Shown here: piece after piece, positions 49,836-58,329 of the stretch
Layout of the letters: every line of letters begins with the position of its first letter
Position numbering within the stretch: the stretch's first letter is position 1
Source of the DNA: an uncultured Enterobacterales bacterium
GTDB taxonomy: Bacteria; Myxococcota_A; UBA796; JAFGLY01
Length of the DNA stretch: 64,000 nt
Assembly: GCA_964512185.1 (NCBI GenBank)
Contig: CAZEJJ010000003.1
Location: 36,941 to 100,940, forward strand
Reading direction: 5' to 3'
Notes under the pieces: model-generated
The model's input: only the letters and a program-made list of their open reading frames with translations
The model's database searches: none
What the model was told of the DNA's origin: nothing
Translations under genes and position numbers: made by a program

Positions 49836-52800
49836 CTACTTGCTGCCATAGATGCGCAGCTTGTCCACGAACCAGCCCGAGGTCCCATTCTTCTGGCCAT
49901 CGCCCGAGTTGAAGCGATAACGCAGCTGGAACTTCTTGCCGGCGAACTTGTACAGGTTCAACGTCACCTTGCGCCACTTCTTCTGGTCGTTGGCGGTGCG
50001 CGGCGCGATCCAGGTGCTGGTGCTGCTGGAGTTGCACTGGTTCTGCTTGCCGCTGCACGAGTAGGTGGCGTTGCAGCAGTTCTTGAAGCCGTCCACCGAC
50101 GCCTGCATGAAGCCGCGGTCGTAGTACACCGTGTTGTTGGCGTAGGGCTCGGCGTCGATCCACGACCAGTAGACCGCCGTGAGCGTCTTGTAGCCGGTGG
50201 CGTCGATCCACTTGCTGAAGGTGGCCGTCGCTGCGTTGGCGTTGCTGCTGTTGTTGGACTTGCAGTCCTTGACGCCGCAGAAGTTCTTGCCGTTGTTGAA
50301 GTTCAGCGTGCAGTCGGCGATCACCGGCTTGGGGTTCGCCGGCGTCTTGTCGATGGCGAAGGTGACGTTATTGCGCTTCATGTCGACCACATTCCAGCCA
50401 CCCTCGCCGCACTTGAAGTCGCGGCTGAAGAAGGGCTTCTGACAGTCAACCGACTTGCTGCAGTCGGGATCGGCGCAGTCCACCTTGTCGTCGAAGTCGT
50501 TGTCCTTGCCGTCGCCGCAGATCTCCTTGCAGCCCGTCTTGCCTTTGCAGGCGGGGTCGAAGCAGTCGATCAGGCCATTGCCGTCGTTGTCGACCTTGTC
50601 GGTGCAGATTTCAGGTGATGCCTTGGCGCCCACCACCAGGTCGTCAATGAAGAAGCCCTTGTGATTGTTCTGCCCGGAACCATTGGGGTACTGCAGCCGG
50701 AAGCGGATGCGGAACTTCTTGCCCTTGACCTGGTTCACCGTGACGTTGATGGGCCGCCACTTCTTCATATTCGACGGGCTCTTGGACAGGTAGAAGCCAT
50801 ACAGCACGCTGCCCTCTTCGCTGATGAGATCGACCCGCGGCCGGTCGCTGCCGCCGCTGTCGACGTCGTACCAGGTGCGGAAGCGCAGCACTGCGGGACC
50901 GGGCAGTTTGGTGCCGTCGATCAGCGGTGAGGTGGCGTCGCCGGTGGGATGCTGGCAGCTGTTGCCGGCCTTGTCGCAGTAGTCCTTGCCGTTGTTGAAG
51001 TTGAGGTTGCAGCCGGACTTCTCTTCGCCGCCCACCTTGGGCGTCATGTCCACCTGCCAGAGCACCTTCTTGCCGCCCGGCTTGTCGAGCCACCAGCCCT
51101 TGCCCTTGTCCTTGCACTCGAAGGTGTCCTTGAAGAGGTGACAGGTGCTGCTGTCACCGGAGATGCACTTGCCTGCCTTGCAGGTCTCTTTCTTGGTGCA
51201 TTCCAGGCCGTCCTTGCAGGCGGTGCCATCCTTGATGGCTTTGTAGGTGCACTTGCCGGTCTTGGCATCGCAGGCATCCGTGGTGCAGGACGTGCCGTCG
51301 TTGCAGACCTGGTTGGCGCCCCCCTTGCACTTGCCATTGCTGCAGACGTCGCCGTAGGTGCAGAGGTTGCCGCTGTCGCAGGGCGCCTTGTTGGGGCCGA
51401 AGCTGCACTTGCCGGTCTCGGCGTTGCACTTGTCCACGGTGCAGGCGTTGCCGTCATCGCAGGTGGGCCCGCCGCTGCCGACGCATTTGCCAACCTTGCA
51501 GGTGTCGCCGGCGGTGCACTTGTCCCCGTCGTCGCACTTCGGCGTGCCTTCCACGGGGGTGTGCACGCACTTGCCGGCGTCGCCGTCGCACTTGTCGACC
51601 GTGCACGAGCTCTTGTCATCGCATGACTTCTTGCTGCCACCGCCACATGAGCCGGCCTTGCAGACCGTGCCGGAGGTGCAGAAGTTGCCGTCATCGCAGG
51701 CGCCATCCTTGCCGCCCCAGCTGCAGTCGCCGGTCTTGGGATCGCAGTTGGTGATCTTGCAGGGTCCGCCATCTTCGCACTTGGACTGGGTGCCCGCGCA
51801 CTTGCCGCCGGCGCAGGTCTCGTTGGTGGTGCAGACGCTGCCGTCATCGCACTTGCCGCTGTGGGGCGTGTGCACGCAGCCCTTGGTCTTGTCGCAGGTG
51901 TCGGTGGTGCACGGATTCTTGTCGTCGCAGGCGTCTGCCTTGGCGCCGGCCACGCACTTGCCGTTGCTGCACTTGTCGCCATCGGTGCACGCGTCGCCGT
52001 CGCTGCAGGCGGCCTCGTTGGCCTCCCAGCCGCAGCCGACCTTGGGGTCGCAGCTGTCGTCGGTGCAGGGGTTCAGGTCGTCGCAATCCACCTTGGCGCC
52101 GACCGCGCACTTGCCGGCCTTGCAGGTGGAGGCGTCCTTGCACGCGTCCTTGTCGCCGCAACTGGCGCCCTCCTTGGCCGGTGTGTAGACGCAGCCCTTG
52201 GACTTGTCGCAGCTGTCGGAGGTGCAGGGGTTGTTGTCGTCGCAACCTTCGTCGCTGCCCACTTTGCAGGCGCCGTCGGCGCAGCTGCCCTTGAGGCACT
52301 TGGCGTTGTCGGCACAGGGCGCAGTGTTGTTCTTGCTGCTGCAGCCGGTCTTGCTGTCGCAGCTGTCATCCGTGCACGGATTGTCATCGTCGCAGGTCTT
52401 GGACTTGCCGCCGCAGGCTCCCTTTGTGCAGGTGTCGCCGTCGGTGCAGGCGTCGCCGTCGTCGCACTTGCCACTGTCCTTGGAGATCAGCTCGCAGGCG
52501 CCGCTGGTGGGATTGCAGTCGTTGAGCTGACAGGGTTTGTTCGCGTCGTTCGGGCAGTCCTTGGCGGCGCCGCCGGTGCACTTGCCTTCCTTGCAGGCCT
52601 CGCCGCTGGTGCACACATCGCCGTCGTTGCATGGGCCGGACGGACCCGGCTTGTACATGCACAACCCGGTCTTGTCGTCGCATGTATCGGTGGTGCAGGC
52701 GTTGTCGTCATCGCAGCCGGAGGTCTTGTCGGTCTCGCATTTGCCCTCGCTGCAGATGCCGCCCGAGTCGCACTTGGTCGCGTCGCCGCAGGGCAGGGCG

Positions 52801-53420
52801 TTGTTCTTGAACAGGCAGCCATTGGCCAGGTCGCAGCTGTCGTCGGTGCATGGATTGTCGTCATTGCAGGCGACCGCCTTGCCGGAACAGACGCCATTGG
52901 TGCAGGCGTCGCCTTCGGTGCAGGCGTCGCCATCGTCACAGGTGCCCACCTGCCCATCCGGCGCCGGCGTGTTCTCGCACTCGCCCGAATCGGGATTGCA
53001 GCTATCCACCGTGCAGGGTTTGGCGTCGTTGCACTCCTTCTGGATGCCCGAGCACAGCCCGCCCTGGCAGAGATCGCCGGTTGTGCACTCGCTGCCGTCG
53101 TCACATCCCACCCCCTCTGCCGTCGGGAAGGCCTGGCACTTGCCGTCCACGCACTTGGCGGCGTTGCAGAGCTCGACCGGATAGCCGGCGCACTCCACGT
53201 CGTCCAGACAGCCGATCTGCTTGATGTCCTTGACGGTGCCGGCATCCGGCGTTCCCGGGCCGCTATCTTCGGTGCCCGCATCGGCCGCCGAGCCGTCGCC
53301 ACCGCTGTCTGTGAGCACCTGGATGCCCGGCGCGGTCGCGGCGTCATCGGAGCAGCCGACGAGTCCCGCGACCAGCGTGGCGGCAGCGATGAATACAACG
53401 AGGAGTTGGTGGCGACGCAT
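49836..53420 (-). CDS. 1194-aa lipoprotein: about 25 tandem Cys-knot repeats + two MAM-like beta-sandwich modules
   Basis: ATG 53420 after GGGAGG. Lipobox LVAGLVGC. Alternating CDDGxxCTxGDxC and CxDDNPCTxDxCD units. DNDGNGLIDC/DNDFDDKVDC metal-site-like repeats. The modules end GFFIDDLVV and GWFVDKLRIYG. Confidence 0.7.
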   Translation of the reverse strand: MRRHQLLVVFIAAATLVAGLVGCSDDAATAPGIQVLTDSGGDGSAADAGTEDSGPGTPDAGTVKDIKQIGCLDDVECAGYPVELCNAAKCVDGKCQAFPTAEGVGCDDGSECTTGDLCQGGLCSGIQKECNDAKPCTVDSCNPDSGECENTPAPDGQVGTCDDGDACTEGDACTNGVCSGKAVACNDDNPCTDDSCDLANGCLFKNNALPCGDATKCDSGGICSEGKCETDKTSGCDDDNACTTDTCDDKTGLCMYKPGPSGPCNDGDVCTSGEACKEGKCTGGAAKDCPNDANKPCQLNDCNPTSGACELISKDSGKCDDGDACTDGDTCTKGACGGKSKTCDDDNPCTDDSCDSKTGCSSKNNTAPCADNAKCLKGSCADGACKVGSDEGCDDNNPCTSDSCDKSKGCVYTPAKEGASCGDKDACKDASTCKAGKCAVGAKVDCDDLNPCTDDSCDPKVGCGWEANEAACSDGDACTDGDKCSNGKCVAGAKADACDDKNPCTTDTCDKTKGCVHTPHSGKCDDGSVCTTNETCAGGKCAGTQSKCEDGGPCKITNCDPKTGDCSWGGKDGACDDGNFCTSGTVCKAGSCGGGSKKSCDDKSSCTVDKCDGDAGKCVHTPVEGTPKCDDGDKCTAGDTCKVGKCVGSGGPTCDDGNACTVDKCNAETGKCSFGPNKAPCDSGNLCTYGDVCSNGKCKGGANQVCNDGTSCTTDACDAKTGKCTYKAIKDGTACKDGLECTKKETCKAGKCISGDSSTCHLFKDTFECKDKGKGWWLDKPGGKKVLWQVDMTPKVGGEEKSGCNLNFNNGKDYCDKAGNSCQHPTGDATSPLIDGTKLPGPAVLRFRTWYDVDSGGSDRPRVDLISEEGSVLYGFYLSKSPSNMKKWRPINVTVNQVKGKKFRIRFRLQYPNGSGQNNHKGFFIDDLVVGAKASPEICTDKVDNDGNGLIDCFDPACKGKTGCKEICGDGKDNDFDDKVDCADPDCSKSVDCQKPFFSRDFKCGEGGWNVVDMKRNNVTFAIDKTPANPKPVIADCTLNFNNGKNFCGVKDCKSNNSSNANAATATFSKWIDATGYKTLTAVYWSWIDAEPYANNTVYYDRGFMQASVDGFKNCCNATYSCSGKQNQCNSSSTSTWIAPRTANDQKKWRKVTLNLYKFAGKKFQLRYRFNSGDGQKNGTSGWFVDKLRIYGSK

Positions 53421-53529
53421 GGGGCCTCCCGGTCGACCTGGCGGGCGCTCCTGGGACTCGAACGGAGGCACGCCCTGTAGACCTCGCGCGCAAGCCTACC
53501 GAATCGGCTGTGCGACAGCCAGCGCCATC

Positions 53530-54150
53530 ATGGCCAACGACGTGCTCAGGTGGTGGAGCTTCGTGAAGCGAACGGCTACGCTCGGCGCCGCCGCCGACGT
53601 GGAGGACTCCGTGGCCAGGTTGTTCGTCGCCATCTCCCTGCCATTCGACCTCCGGGCCGAGCTCACCGGCTTGGGCAACGGCATGCCCGGCGCGCGCTGG
53701 CTCACCGAGGACCAGGTCCACCTCACCCTGGTCTTCCTGGGCAAGGTGGCCGACCACCGCAAGCAGGCCCTCGACGACGCCCTCGCTTCGGTGCGCGGCG
53801 AACCCTTCGAACTCAGCCTGCACGGCGCCGGACACTTCCCGCCACGTGGCCGACCCAAGGTCATCTGGGCCGGCATCCGCGCAAACCAGACGCTGATGAC
53901 CCTGCAGACCCGGCTGACCACCGCCCTGCGTCGGGCCGGCTTCGAGCTGCAGCGCCGCCGCTTCCAACCCCACGTCACCCTGGCCCGCCTCAAAGGCGCC
54001 CCGGAGCCCCGTGTAGCCGAATTCCTGGAGGGCATCGGCGGCCTGGAGAGCGACCCATTCGACGTCGACGCCTTCCACGTCTTCAGCAGCCACCTCAAGG
54101 CCGAAGGCGCCGACTACCACCTCGAAGCGAGCTATCCGCTGCAATCCTGA
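53530..54150 (+). CDS. thpR: RNA 2',3'-cyclic phosphodiesterase (2H family, ThpR/LigT)
   Basis: Two H-x-T-x motifs, HLTLVF and HVTLAR. The start is ATG 53530 or GTG 53611. Confidence 0.75.
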   Translation: MANDVLRWWSFVKRTATLGAAADVEDSVARLFVAISLPFDLRAELTGLGNGMPGARWLTEDQVHLTLVFLGKVADHRKQALDDALASVRGEPFELSLHGAGHFPPRGRPKVIWAGIRANQTLMTLQTRLTTALRRAGFELQRRRFQPHVTLARLKGAPEPRVAEFLEGIGGLESDPFDVDAFHVFSSHLKAEGADYHLEASYPLQS

Positions 54151-54160
54151 CGGAGACCCC

Positions 54161-54721
54161 ATGGCCATCGAAGAAGGCGACATCCTCTTTCTGCACGGCC
54201 TCGAGGGCAGCCCACAGGGCAACAAGGCCGTCTGGCTACGCGCCCAATACGGCGCCGAAGCCGTACCGCTGGACACCTCCGTCGCCCGCGAAGGCGCCGC
54301 CAGGGTGCGCATCGGCGATCCCGGCTGGCACTGGCGCCAGGAAGACGTCGCCGAGGCCCTGCGCCTACCCGTCGCCCAGGCCCGCGCCGCCCTCAGCGCC
54401 CGACCCCGCCGCCTGCTCGTCGGCTCCTCCTTCGGCGGCGCCGTGCTCATGGAGCTGGTCCAGTCCGGCCACTGGCGCGGCCCCTGCATCTTCCTGGCCC
54501 CCGCAGCCGCCAAGATGGGCCGCCGCCGCCCCCTGCCCACAGGCGTACGCGCCCACATCATCCATGGCAACAACGACGACGTCGTGCCCCTGGCCGACAG
54601 CCGCCGCCTGGTCGCCGACTGCGCCGCGGGGGTGACCCTCCAGGTGGTCGAAGACGACCACCGGTTGCAGAGCATCCTCTTGGATGGGACCCTGGCGAAG
54701 GCCGTCGAGCAGCTGTTGTGA
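54161..54721 (+). CDS. alpha/beta hydrolase (YqiA/UPF0227-like esterase)
   Basis: ILFLHGLEGSPQGNKA, nucleophile GSSFGG, and a C-terminal acid/His region NDDVVP...DDHRL. Confidence 0.55.
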   Translation: MAIEEGDILFLHGLEGSPQGNKAVWLRAQYGAEAVPLDTSVAREGAARVRIGDPGWHWRQEDVAEALRLPVAQARAALSARPRRLLVGSSFGGAVLMELVQSGHWRGPCIFLAPAAAKMGRRRPLPTGVRAHIIHGNNDDVVPLADSRRLVADCAAGVTLQVVEDDHRLQSILLDGTLAKAVEQLL

Positions 54722-54803
54722 TAGCGAGGTGTCAGACCCTCACATATCAGAACTTTGTATCGTAACTCATTGATTCCTGGTTTTGTGCGTACTGGAGGTG
54801 AAC

Positions 54804-55373
54804 ATGTTGATCAGCGTGGATGGCATCGACGGATGCGGCAAATCGACCCAGGTGGCCCTGCTGGCCGAGGCGATCGGGGCCGAGGCGATCCGGCAGATCT
54901 CGGACTCGCGCTGGGGCCTGGCGTTTCGGGCCATGGGCAACCCCACTCCGGCCCAACAGCTGGCCCTGTTCACGGCCGATCGGGCAGTTCTTTCGGACAG
55001 ACTGCACGCCGCGGCGGGTTCTGCCGACGGCCATCTGGTCTCCGATCGCAGCTACCTGTCGGGCATGGCCTACCAGAGTTTTTCGACCGGCCTGACGCCG
55101 GAGTTCATCGGTGAGATGAACCGGGCCATCGTGCCGGCGTATGACCTGCAGCTCTACCTGCGCATCCCGGTAGAGACGGCCTTCGAGCGCATCCGCAAGC
55201 GCGGTCTGGCGCTGGACTGGTGTGAACAGCCCGAGATGTTGGAGTGGGCGACCAAGGTGTTCGACAAGCAGGTCACCGAGCGCGCCGAGGTGGTGGCGGT
55301 GGATGGCATCGGCACGATCGAAGAAGTGCACGCGCGGGTTATGGCGCAGGTGCGAGGCGTGCTGCCCGCCTGA
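54804..55373 (+). CDS. tmk: thymidylate (dTMP) kinase-like
   Basis: GGAGG SD. P-loop MLISVDGIDGCGKSTQ. DR(Y/S) motif SDRSYLSGMAYQ. 189 aa. Confidence 0.7.
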   Translation: MLISVDGIDGCGKSTQVALLAEAIGAEAIRQISDSRWGLAFRAMGNPTPAQQLALFTADRAVLSDRLHAAAGSADGHLVSDRSYLSGMAYQSFSTGLTPEFIGEMNRAIVPAYDLQLYLRIPVETAFERIRKRGLALDWCEQPEMLEWATKVFDKQVTERAEVVAVDGIGTIEEVHARVMAQVRGVLPA

Positions 55374-55397
55374 ATGCGCCAGGCAGACTGGTGGGTT

Positions 55398-56114
55398 CTA
55401 GAGCAAGAAGCCAAGCTCCAGGACGACCTGCACGTAGCCCTGTGGATCGAGCTGCACAGGAGGAGGAGGCAGCCCTTCCTCCTCGTCCGCCGGCGGCGCT
55501 GTGTCCTGTTCGACCTCCGGGTAGGCCCGACTCTGCACGCTGAAGCCCAGGACAAATGGCCCGTCGCCCAATACCCAGTCGATGCGTGCGCCACCGTGCA
55601 GGTAGCTCGAGCCGCTGTCGCCCATCACCTGTCCCACGCCGCCTTTGAGCGTGAACTTCACGTCTTCCACGGACTCAGAGCCGCCGCCGACGAAGAACAC
55701 CTCGCCAAGACAGTACAGCGACAGCCCGACCTCAACGCTGGCGGCGGTGATGGGAGGCTCTGTCGTTCCCCAGGTGGGTTTGTCGCGCTTCAACGCCACC
55801 GTGCCCATGCCCAGGCCGGCCTCCAGGGCGAAGCCGAAGTTGTCGTCCCAGAAGGTGAAGAAGGCGTACTCGCCGCGCACGCCTGCGATGAGAGACAGCA
55901 CGTCGGCACCATTGAACTTGCCGCCATCCACACCGGCGAAGATGCGGGGCACGACGTGTTGGCGCGCAAAGTCATCGGCCTGAATGCTCGTCGCACAGCA
56001 CAACACGGCGCACAGGACCGCGCTCGCCAGGGCCGCCGGCCGCGATCTTCCGCCGTGCGGACGGTGTGGCCGCGCCCCATCCCCCCTCGAGCGCTCGCTC
56101 ATCAGCCACTCCAT
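55398..56114 (-). CDS. putative outer-membrane beta-barrel protein
   Basis: ATG 56114 shares 1 nt with the upstream stop (alternative ATG 56102). Signal peptide AALASAVLCAVLCCATSIQA. Alternating Gly/aromatic beta-strand pattern and an acidic/Pro C-terminal insert. Confidence 0.4.
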   Translation of the reverse strand: MEWLMSERSRGDGARPHRPHGGRSRPAALASAVLCAVLCCATSIQADDFARQHVVPRIFAGVDGGKFNGADVLSLIAGVRGEYAFFTFWDDNFGFALEAGLGMGTVALKRDKPTWGTTEPPITAASVEVGLSLYCLGEVFFVGGGSESVEDVKFTLKGGVGQVMGDSGSSYLHGGARIDWVLGDGPFVLGFSVQSRAYPEVEQDTAPPADEEEGLPPPPVQLDPQGYVQVVLELGFLL

Positions 56115-56635
56115 CAGAACCCCACGCCCGCGCTGACTTCCCACGCCGGCACGCTGCCGGACGGGAAGTAGATTCGTTTATAAAGCACAGAAATGCCGAC
56201 GAACCCACGCCTGCCAAAGTAGGCCTCCAGGCCAGGTCCGGCACCCACCGACCAGCCGCCATCGCCCTGGCCCATGTTGATATATCGACCGGCCTTGGCC
56301 TTGACCGAGAGCGCCAGGAAGTGGCGGTTGACGAACAGGTATTTCGCCAGCGGCTCGAGGACCAGGAAGTCATCCCGGGCGCGGTCGAACTGGTACAGGA
56401 AGCCGATGTCTGCGCCGGCCATGAAGTCGTCGAAGAAGTAGTAGCCGCCGTGGCCACCGAAGACGAGGCCGCCGCTGCCGCCGATGCTCTGGAAGCTCAG
56501 CTGCAGGTGCCGCGGTGACTCGCCTTTGTAGTGCGCTTTTCGCGGTGGCTGGATCATGGCCCCGACGGATGCCGCGGCGGCCATACCAGCCCCGAGAATG
56601 ACCAGTATCGCCATGCATCGCCGTGCGGAACCCAC
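56114..56635 (-). CDS. small outer-membrane beta-barrel protein
   Basis: GTG 56635 (alternative ATG 56614). Signal peptide ARRCMAILVILGAGMAAAASVGA. Gly/aromatic-rich strands and a terminal ...SAGVGF. Confidence 0.5.
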   Translation of the reverse strand: MGSARRCMAILVILGAGMAAAASVGAMIQPPRKAHYKGESPRHLQLSFQSIGGSGGLVFGGHGGYYFFDDFMAGADIGFLYQFDRARDDFLVLEPLAKYLFVNRHFLALSVKAKAGRYINMGQGDGGWSVGAGPGLEAYFGRRGFVGISVLYKRIYFPSGSVPAWEVSAGVGF

Positions 56636-56781
56636 TTTGCGCCCTCCTGTGCCGGTTGGAATCGGGCCCGGGGCAGACTGCCCAACGCAGGCTGCGCTCC
56701 GAATTCGAGCCGAACCTTATCACGATGGCTGCGCAATCGACGCCAGCTCGTTACCCTCTGACAGCCTGTGGAGAGCCAAGC

Positions 56782-57351
56782 ATGAAGAACGTCCTGGTGG
56801 TGGTGGAGCAGAGCTCATGCGAGGAGCGCCAACACGCCGCCATCGTCCAGCGCCTCGATCCGGAGCTGTGCGCACGGGCCACTTCGGTGGCCGACATGGT
56901 GCGGCAGATCCGGGCTCGCTGTTGGGCGACGAGCAAGCCACTGGATCGCGTCGATCTGGTGGGCCACGGCGGCGAAGGATGGCTGTCCATGGGCGGCCAC
57001 GGCGGCGAGGATCCCGATCTCTGCCTGAGCATCGACAGGACCTCGCTGCTGCCGCTGAGCTGGCTGAACGACGAGGTAGCGCCAGGGCTGCGGCCCATCA
57101 AGCGCAGCACGACCGTGCGGCTGCTGGGCTGCGGGCTGGCGGGATATGGCTACAAGACGAAGCCGGACCTGCCGGTACACGGCGGCGTGCTGGGGATGCT
57201 CCTGGCGCGTCTGTTGGGTTGCCGGGTGTTGTTGACGGTGGGACCAACGCACCACGGCATGTTCGGGCCGACGGGATTTGTCGCGACGCGGGCGCGTGGG
57301 CTGTTGGTGCAGGCGAGTCCGGACCATCCAGGACCGGCCCGACGCCGGTGA
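56782..57351 (+). CDS. stand-alone DUF4347-like domain protein
   Basis: GGAGAG SD. VDLVGHGGEGWLSMGG, TVRLLGCGLAG and LARLLGCRVLLTVGPT match the DUF4347 pattern as I remember it. Confidence 0.35.
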   Translation: MKNVLVVVEQSSCEERQHAAIVQRLDPELCARATSVADMVRQIRARCWATSKPLDRVDLVGHGGEGWLSMGGHGGEDPDLCLSIDRTSLLPLSWLNDEVAPGLRPIKRSTTVRLLGCGLAGYGYKTKPDLPVHGGVLGMLLARLLGCRVLLTVGPTHHGMFGPTGFVATRARGLLVQASPDHPGPARRR

Positions 57352-57361
57352 CGGTGACCGT

Positions 57362-57655
57362 CTACAGGAGGCGATAGGCCGCGACGGTGACCCGACTGAT
57401 GCAGATGTCGCGGGTCTCGCCCTTGGACTCCGGCAGGGTTCCCTGCGTGATGACGGAGGGCCCGTTGTAGAGCAGCACGCGACGGGGGGCTCCGGCATCG
57501 TCGAGCAGAGCGCGACCGCGGCGACTGAGGGTCACCAGCGCCTTGGGGCCCTGCCACTCGATCAGGGTCGCGCGGTAGGCGAGGCCATCCCGACCGGAGA
57601 CCAGTCCGGCGATGAGCGTCGGGCCCTCAGAATCGGCGCCGGCGCGGTGCGTCAT
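57362..57655 (-). CDS. hypothetical protein (97 aa)
   Basis: ATG start, 9 bp downstream of the preceding ORF on the same strand. No motif recognised. Confidence 0.4.
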   Translation of the reverse strand: MTHRAGADSEGPTLIAGLVSGRDGLAYRATLIEWQGPKALVTLSRRGRALLDDAGAPRRVLLYNGPSVITQGTLPESKGETRDICISRVTVAAYRLL

Positions 57656-57664
57656 CGATGGGCT

Positions 57665-58222
57665 CTACCCGAGGCTGGCCGGCCATTTGCGGCCGTCGTC
57701 GTGGTCGCCCAGCTGGTTGTCGAGCACCCACCAATGGATGCAGGCCTGGCCAGCGTCAATCGGACCGTGACAGAAGTCGTCGAAGGGGTCGATCTCCGTG
57801 TCCGGCTCATAACGCCAGACCTCGCGATCGTAGTTATCCCAATCCACGATGACCTGACGGCCGCTGGCGGGGATCTCCAGCACCACCTGGTCGCGTCGCG
57901 TCTTGTCGACCACGACCACGTCCACCTGCTGGTAGCACCACTCGCTGTAGTAACCGTCCACGGCGCGACGTGTCTTGCGCCGCGAGGTGTGCCAGTCGGG
58001 CGGCAAGTGGGTGTTGTAGCCAAAGTAGAGCCATCCAAACTGGCCGTCAGAGAAGACGATGCTGGTCGGCGCCTCAAGCAGCACGTCGGTGACGAAGAAG
58101 TGTTCCACCGTGCCACCGACGGCTGCGAACTCGAAATCGGTCACATCGTTGGTCATCGGATCGCGATTGATGTTCGTGATGCGGCCCCAATATCCATGGT
58201 TGTTGGTGTACCAGTTGGGCAT
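57665..58222 (-). CDS. hypothetical Trp/Tyr/Asp-rich protein (185 aa)
   Basis: GGGAGGAATCG precedes the ATG. No signal peptide and no motif recognised. 107 bp downstream of the kinase-STAND gene. Confidence 0.45.
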   Translation of the reverse strand: MPNWYTNNHGYWGRITNINRDPMTNDVTDFEFAAVGGTVEHFFVTDVLLEAPTSIVFSDGQFGWLYFGYNTHLPPDWHTSRRKTRRAVDGYYSEWCYQQVDVVVVDKTRRDQVVLEIPASGRQVIVDWDNYDREVWRYEPDTEIDPFDDFCHGPIDAGQACIHWWVLDNQLGDHDDGRKWPASLG

Positions 58223-58329
58223 CGATTCCTCCCGGCCGCATCCGCGGCGCCCCGACGTGTTGCTTGCGTACCGGCTGAGTGTTCGTCAGAGCCGGCAGGA
58301 CCGTCAAGCGCCGACCGCGGGCCTGTTTG

